A stretch of 64,000 nt of DNA, from assembly GCA_049517415.1 (NCBI GenBank), contig JBEKSC010000015.1, positions 1-64,000 of the forward strand. Reading direction: 5' to 3'. Source of the DNA: Candidatus Bathyarchaeia archaeon. GTDB taxonomy: Archaea; Thermoproteota; Bathyarchaeia; 40CM-2-53-6. Within the stretch, counting starts at the first letter, position 1. Each line of letters starts with the position of its first letter. Positions 58,954-64,000 of this stretch are shown here, piece after piece. The notes under the pieces were generated by a model, which was given only the letters and a program-made list of their open reading frames with translations, had not been told where the DNA came from and searched no databases. The translations under genes were made by a program, and so were the position numbers.

Positions 58954-59926
58954 CCTCCAACCTCCACTTTGGCTTAACGAGCGCGTTAACGGAAGTGGCT
59001 AAACCGGCCTGAAGCGCAAGCATGGCCGTCCATGCGATTTGGGCGCCACAATCACCTGTGTACGCGGCACCTACGACATGGCATATTGCGTCATGCATCT
59101 TGGCCACGCATTCGAGTTTATCCTTCAATGTCCTATTCGCCGCGACGCCCCCAGTTAGTAGGATCTCTTTCTTGCCGGTATACGCTAGGCTTCGTTCTAC
59201 GGCTTCGGCGAGCATTGAGCAGGAAACTTCCTGCATTGAGTAGCAAACGTCCTCCAAGCCCGCACCTGATCGCAGCTTGGCGAGGGACGCTGTCAACAGG
59301 CCTGAGTATGAAACATCATTTCCTTTCACCACATAAGGCAACGTTAGGAACTTTGATGATTTGGCGGCTAGTTTTTCGATTTGAGGTCCTGCTGGCGATG
59401 GAAGGTCGATGGCTCGGGCGAACATATCATATAGGTTTCCGATTGTAATATCCTCGGTTTCACCAAATATTCTCCAACGTCCTCCAGAAAAAGCCGTAAT
59501 CGCTGTGTGTCCGCCTGAGACAAGAACTACCAGGGGATCTTTGGCTCCTGTGGTGAGGGTTCCGATCTCAATGTGTCCGATGGCATGGTTTACGCCTACG
59601 AATGGGATGTCGAAGTATGCGGAGATTGATCGGGCGACGGTGGCTCCGACCCTTAGGCATGGTCCGAGTCCAGGGCCTAATGAAACTCCTACTCCGGCGA
59701 GTTCCGAAGCTTTTGCGGTCGCCTTTCTTAACGAATCTGAGACCACACGGGCAGCAACTTCACTGTGATGTTCTGCCGCCTCGCGGGGGTGAATTCCCTT
59801 CCCGGGAGCGGAAGCATAAACGTCACGCAAATCAGATAGGATCCTCCCGTGGTCTGTTACTACGCTCGCACCGAATGTATGCGCGGTGGACTCTATTCCC
59901 AGGCAGTACAACGCAATCGCAGCCAT
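58919..59926 (-). CDS. kae1: tRNA t6A threonylcarbamoyltransferase Kae1
   Basis: LGIESTAHT, GIHPREAA.HH, GPGLGP.L, VNH.IGHIE, VSGG.T, GET.DI..GN..D, GGVAAN. Confidence 0.95.
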   Translation of the reverse strand: MAAIALYCLGIESTAHTFGASVVTDHGRILSDLRDVYASAPGKGIHPREAAEHHSEVAARVVSDSLRKATAKASELAGVGVSLGPGLGPCLRVGATVARSISAYFDIPFVGVNHAIGHIEIGTLTTGAKDPLVVLVSGGHTAITAFSGGRWRIFGETEDITIGNLYDMFARAIDLPSPAGPQIEKLAAKSSKFLTLPYVVKGNDVSYSGLLTASLAKLRSGAGLEDVCYSMQEVSCSMLAEAVERSLAYTGKKEILLTGGVAANRTLKDKLECVAKMHDAICHVVGAAYTGDCGAQIAWTAMLALQAGLATSVNALVKPKWRLEDVDIPWRREAS

Positions 59927-60262
59927 GACTTGTGAGATGACTCAGAAAAGGCTCTCGAAATGGTTAGTTAACTTAAACACACCACTCATTTGTTATTCGT
60001 TAAGGAGTGGGTATTTCTCGGGTAACTGAGGGGCGTCTGAGTTAGAGGTTGCAGTGGCGGAGGTTGCTGCGGATCCCTTGACGAAGGCCTTGAAGGAAGT
60101 GTGCGTGGAGAGTAGGCTACGCTGCCTGCGATCGGTCGCCAGGAGCACGTACAAGTCGATTCTGAAGCATTGGCTACATCCATTTAGCTGGCCTCCGCAG
60201 GTGAGGGCTAGACAGACACCAAGCTGCTAAGCATTGAAGAAACGACGTCTGGCCATATTGAT

Positions 60263-61411
60263 TTACGTGCTGCAGTAAGCAACTGCTGTCTCAGCATAGA
60301 CGCGCGCAGCCCTCAGGACATCTTCTATTTTGACATGTTCAGCAGGCCCATGAGCTACGGCGATATCTCCTGGACCAAAAAGGCAGGTTGGGATTTTAGC
60401 CCGGTTCCAAAGAATGGAACCGTCAGTCCAATACGGGACACCGACTATCCGACCTAGTCCACTCAGATTCTTCTTCAGGATCGAAATGTGAGGAGCACCA
60501 TTGATTTGCATCGGGTCCGCGTGATGAATCAGGCGGACGGTAGCCTTGAGGCTTTTGTCTCGCCGTGAACATTCCTTAATGACCTTTCGCAGCTCCTCGA
60601 CGGGATCTTGAGGGTTTTCACCGGGAAGCAGTCTTCGTTCAAGATCCAACACGCATCTTGCGGGGACGGTACTCCAATCCGAGCCACCAGTGATTTTTGA
60701 TGTGTGAATGGTAGCTACTCCCAAGAGGGGATGCCTATTTAGATTGTATTTTCTGCGAATTGAACCAAGAAGATTGATGAGTAGCGCCATCTTTTCAATG
60801 GCATCGATACCCTTCTCCGGCATCGACCCATGAGCTGGTTTGCCAACGGTTTCAACCTCCAGCCACGCGTATCCCTTGTGGGCGACGCCAATGTTCATCT
60901 TTGTGGGCTCACCCACGATTGCGGCGTCAGCTCGGAACCGTTTAATCAGTTCAGAAGTTCCTATGCTCATATACTCCTCGTCAACAACTCCTGTGAACAT
61001 TACGTCTCCCGCCAATTTCTTATTGAAAGCAGCCAGCCCCGCCATGGCACCAATCATCGCGGCTATGGATCCTTTCATGTCGCATGAACCTCGGCCGAAC
61101 AGTTTACCGTTCACGATAGAAGGAGTAAAGGGCTTCACTGTCATGCCAACCGTGCCAACCGTGTCCATATGACCATTCAACATTAGGCTTCTTCCACGAC
61201 CCGTCCCCCTCAGAACGGCCACAACATTGAATCTCCCCCTGGCAACCTTCTGCTCATAGACGCTGAAGGACCCAGCCTTTCTGAACCATTTGGCGATTAA
61301 GTCCGCAATCGCTCCCTCATCCTGACCCCGATCTATTGCCGGGTTGACGCTCGGTGTTCTGACTAACTTCTTGAGCAAATCCAAGATTTGTTTGGCATCA
61401 ATTCGAACCAT
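60263..61411 (-). CDS. M20A (ArgE/DapE-like) deacylase
   Basis: LNGHMDTV, GRGSCDMKG, DEE, VGEPT, HKG, AHGS.PE.G.DAI, GPG....AH...E.V. Confidence 0.9.
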   Translation of the reverse strand: MVRIDAKQILDLLKKLVRTPSVNPAIDRGQDEGAIADLIAKWFRKAGSFSVYEQKVARGRFNVVAVLRGTGRGRSLMLNGHMDTVGTVGMTVKPFTPSIVNGKLFGRGSCDMKGSIAAMIGAMAGLAAFNKKLAGDVMFTGVVDEEYMSIGTSELIKRFRADAAIVGEPTKMNIGVAHKGYAWLEVETVGKPAHGSMPEKGIDAIEKMALLINLLGSIRRKYNLNRHPLLGVATIHTSKITGGSDWSTVPARCVLDLERRLLPGENPQDPVEELRKVIKECSRRDKSLKATVRLIHHADPMQINGAPHISILKKNLSGLGRIVGVPYWTDGSILWNRAKIPTCLFGPGDIAVAHGPAEHVKIEDVLRAARVYAETAVAYCST

Positions 61412-61766
61412 TTCTCGGAAACCATTTCATCAATGAACGGCCGTGCTATTTCCATCTGCCGCATGCAATGATGGAAAAGAGATTCACGCCAGTGTTTCTT
61501 AGTAATAGATTTAGCAGGACGTTGCAGGCCAGCTGTTCGAATTGGAGAAAAGAACCACCGAGTTGCAGCGTAACGCATCGCATGATCAAGGGTTAGAGGA
61601 GGAGTTGCGCGAGCTCATAGAAAGCCCATCTGGGTGCAATTTTACATTCCTTTCATCCCGAAAAGGAACGAATATTCGGCTGGAAGCCACAGTGGCCACT
61701 CCAATTGATTCTTGGCGGAAAGCGATAAATTTGTACGGTAATTCTTTCAGGCAGAAGTGACGAGGC

Positions 61767-62015
61767 ATGATAAAAGCAATAGTGTTACTTACTGTGTTGG
61801 GAGGAACTGGCGAAAAATTAAGTTGGTCGAAAGAAACGAAGGATCGTTTGAGAAAAATTGCCGGCGTCAAAGAGGTCTACGGAGTCTTGGGACGGTGCGA
61901 CCTCGCGGCTCTCGTGGAGGCTGAAACTTTAGAGAAACTCACTTCCTTGGTTGCGGACGAAATTAGAGGGGTTCCGGGAATCCAGACTAGTGAGACTCTA
62001 ACGGTAGTCTTCTAG
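61767..62015 (+). CDS. Stand-alone Lrp/AsnC ligand-binding (RAM) domain protein
   Basis: L.KI.GVKEVY.V.G..DL.A.VEA.....L..LV...IR.VPGI..SETL.V. Confidence 0.85.
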   Translation: MIKAIVLLTVLGGTGEKLSWSKETKDRLRKIAGVKEVYGVLGRCDLAALVEAETLEKLTSLVADEIRGVPGIQTSETLTVVF

Positions 62016-62333
62016 CGTTAAGATATTGCCTAGTTCTGTAATTTCGCAGCTAGCTTAGATTTGCAGGTTTCACGTAGTGTGAACTCACGAATTCTTTCAA
62101 TATCGGTCAGTATGGTCTTGACCGGATTATTTTTCATGCTGCAATCACCTCGAGCTCTTGCGGCTCGTTGAATTGGTCCAGTGACTGAACGTTCTTCTAT
62201 AGAGCGGCGCCGTGGGTCTTGCCTCCGCACTTGCAGACGCAAGCGGACCCTAGCAAGCTCTTCATGATGCTTCTTGAGGATGGTAGAAAGAAGAAAAGGC
62301 ATTCTGAGTTTCTCGCCATACACAAGGCTCAGG

Positions 62334-62996
62334 TTATGGCTTTCTCGCAACCACTGAAAACACATGCCAATGTTTCCTCTGCCCCTGGGCGGTTGTTCCG
62401 TTCCACTCTTTCTCAGCAAGGAACTCCGTCTTCAATTGGCGCAACATGGCTTTCACCTTGCCTGCTGAGTGAAATGTCAGATTCGAGTCACTTGCCCATT
62501 CATCACGTTCACCAAAGAAATGGCCCGCAAAACGCCCTCTAGGGCGTACTGATGCTAGGATTTTGCGCCAAAGGGAGTCGAAATGGTCTGGCGGACAGAA
62601 TGGTAAGCTGTAGCTCGCATTCACTAGGTCGCTCTTGGGCAGTTTAATCCTCTCAAAGGAGGCCAAGCGGGTTTCCAATCGCCCTCGATATTTGGCCAGC
62701 GTAAGTGAGCAGACCCATCTAATGGCTTCAGGTTCGTTATCTACCGCCAAAACTTTCCACCCCCGTCGGAGTAACTCAAACGTATCTCGGCCTGAGCCGC
62801 ATCCCAAATCGATCGCAAAACGTTCTTCCCTTTCGAACCCTTCGGCGTCAAACAGAGAGAGTGCCTTTGTCAGAGTGTCCCAAGCGGGTCCCCCTGAAGT
62901 GGCTCTATAATACTTGTTGTTGTTGTATGCTCTATAATACTCAAGCCAATGCGTTTTCTCCCTTCCGTCTTTTCTGAGCGTATCAGGTTCGGTCAC
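62334..62996 (-). CDS. Class I SAM-dependent methyltransferase (TehB-like)
   Basis: AIDLGCGSGRD...LL.RGW.V.AVD, DLV.AS.SLPFC, G.F.G.FFG.RDEW, KHWHVF.VVARK. Confidence 0.9.
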   Translation of the reverse strand: MTEPDTLRKDGREKTHWLEYYRAYNNNKYYRATSGGPAWDTLTKALSLFDAEGFEREERFAIDLGCGSGRDTFELLRRGWKVLAVDNEPEAIRWVCSLTLAKYRGRLETRLASFERIKLPKSDLVNASYSLPFCPPDHFDSLWRKILASVRPRGRFAGHFFGERDEWASDSNLTFHSAGKVKAMLRQLKTEFLAEKEWNGTTAQGQRKHWHVFSVVARKP

Positions 62997-63280
62997 AGAA
63001 GTAGCCTACCATTCTCGACGATTGTTTTCTGATTAGCTCTTAACATGGAGTTTATGGGCGAAGGAGAATCATGTATTGCTTGTGAAGGAGTTGATTCTAT
63101 CCGCCGAGTACATTTAATTGATGAAAATTCTAAATCTTGATGCAAGAAAACTACTTTTCGAGTGAAAAGGAAAATTGCGGGCGGTCCGAACTGCCCGTAC
63201 ATCCCACTGAAGGATAGCAACATGAAGAGCGATACGACCAAAGCGGCCCTCGCGAGCAGCTTCCAAATCCAATTTCTCAT
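62993..63280 (-). CDS. Hypothetical small protein with N-terminal hydrophobic helix
   Basis: 95-aa ORF whose stop overlaps the methyltransferase GTG start; no recognisable motif. Confidence 0.3.
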   Translation of the reverse strand: MRNWIWKLLARAALVVSLFMLLSFSGMYGQFGPPAIFLFTRKVVFLHQDLEFSSIKCTRRIESTPSQAIHDSPSPINSMLRANQKTIVENGRLLL

Positions 63281-63410
63281 TCACTTACACTTGCGTGTAG
63301 AGTTGTCGCACCACAGAATTACGCTCTACCCAAGTCCCTGATTGCAGCATATTATTTCTTCTCGCCACAGCGAAGAGTCTAAACTAATGACGAAAGCACA
63401 AACAATTAAC

Positions 63411-63568
63411 TTAAAATAAGAATTGGCATGGTGGTCGTGCAATTGGTGTCGCCCGTGAAAGGTGACCGAGAAATCGCACCGTAAGTTGCCGAAAGCTCTC
63501 CAGTATGGTTTTGTTCTCGGTCAATGCCGGATGACACATTCAGAAATTTTCCTTGGAGTTGACCAGTA
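63411..63568 (+). promoter_or_regulatory. TATA box and long hairpin 5' leader of ileS
   Basis: TTAAAATA at 63411-63418; nested stems GTGTC/GACAC, CCG/CGG, TGACCGAGAA/TTCTCGGTCA and ACCGTA/TATGGT over 63446-63537. Confidence 0.55.
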
Positions 63569-64000
63569 ATGAGCAAATACGTTGGCGAATTACCGAAGCA
63601 GTATGACCCTAAGGTTGTCGAGAAGGAAGTAAAGAGCCTCTGGGAGCAAGAAGAGACTTATGAAGCTGTGAAAAAGTTTAGAGTGAAGGGCCCAAAGTTC
63701 TACTTCTTAGATGGACCACCCTTCCCTAGTTCGGATACTCCACACATTGGAACTTCTTGGGGGAAGGTTGTGAAGGACACTGTCATTCGCTACAAACGTT
63801 CGCAGGGGTTCAACGTCAGGGACCAACCCGGATACGATTGCCACGGCCTCCCTGTCGAACTCGCAATAGAACAGAAATTCGGGATCAAGACCAAAAAGGA
63901 CGTAGAGAACTTCGGACTGGAACGCTTCATTACGGAATGCAGATTATTTGCTGAAACGAATTCTGCGGCGTTGGGTAGGGCGTTCGCAGATCTCGGCATA
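63569..64000 (+). CDS. ileS: Isoleucine--tRNA ligase, N-terminal part (runs off window; absent from ORF track)
   Basis: Manual translation: MSKYVGELPKQYDPK...FYFLDGPPFPSSDTPHIGTSWGKVVKDTVIRYK...QPGYDCHGLPVE...GIKTKKDVENFGLERFITEC. Confidence 0.93.
   Translation, partial: MSKYVGELPKQYDPKVVEKEVKSLWEQEETYEAVKKFRVKGPKFYFLDGPPFPSSDTPHIGTSWGKVVKDTVIRYKRSQGFNVRDQPGYDCHGLPVELAIEQKFGIKTKKDVENFGLERFITECRLFAETNSAALGRAFADLGI

Noticed and set aside
61542..61760. 72-aa ORF upstream of the Lrp gene
   Set aside because: No motif, and it contains the likely TATA region of the Lrp gene.
62030..62302. ORF beginning MPFLLSTILKKHHEEL, a possible hemerythrin-like remnant
   Set aside because: Only one His-containing helix resembles the family; the remainder looks random.
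1..64000. tRNA, rRNA, RNase P RNA, SRP RNA, CRISPR arrays, intact transposases or defence systems
   Set aside because: None recognised by eye in any intergenic region; a tRNAscan-SE/cmscan run would be needed to exclude divergent cases.

Overview
Chromosomal segment (~50% GC) of a TACK-type archaeon, most consistent with Bathyarchaeia (inference from gene content and Ig-like/C-terminal-anchor surface proteins). It is dominated by information-processing genes: ribosomal proteins uL2, uS8, uL18, uL30, eL8/L7Ae, eS28, eL24, eS6, eS24, eS31/S27ae, eL43/L37ae, eL15, eS1/S3ae and uS15; aIF5B, aIF2-gamma, RpoE, Spt4, exosome (Rrp4/41/42), SBDS, proteasome alpha, RNase P proteins, KEOPS (Kae1, Bud32, two Pcc1-like), CysRS and the start of IleRS. 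It also has an oligopeptide ABC system, hemA/hemL, F420-related genes (cofE, npdG, PPOX-class enzyme), an Lhr helicase and several accessory genes. I found no tRNA, rRNA or CRISPR array. Most notable observations: (1) four conserved genes whose N-termini point to CTG or ACG start codons; (2) long structured 5' leaders in front of both aminoacyl-tRNA synthetase genes; (3) a circularly permuted OppA; (4) a 3.65-kb direct-repeat-bounded decayed island splitting the SBDS-rrp4 operon and carrying an HpsN-like dehydrogenase, two unannotated zinc-finger microproteins and an integrase remnant; (5) ribosomal superoperons reduced or split in a duplication-loss pattern; (6) REP-like palindromic repeats between convergent genes; (7) a TFS paralog lacking the ADE catalytic motif and a CysRS with KMSKS replaced by RMGHS. 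All family assignments come from motif recognition by eye, not from database searches.
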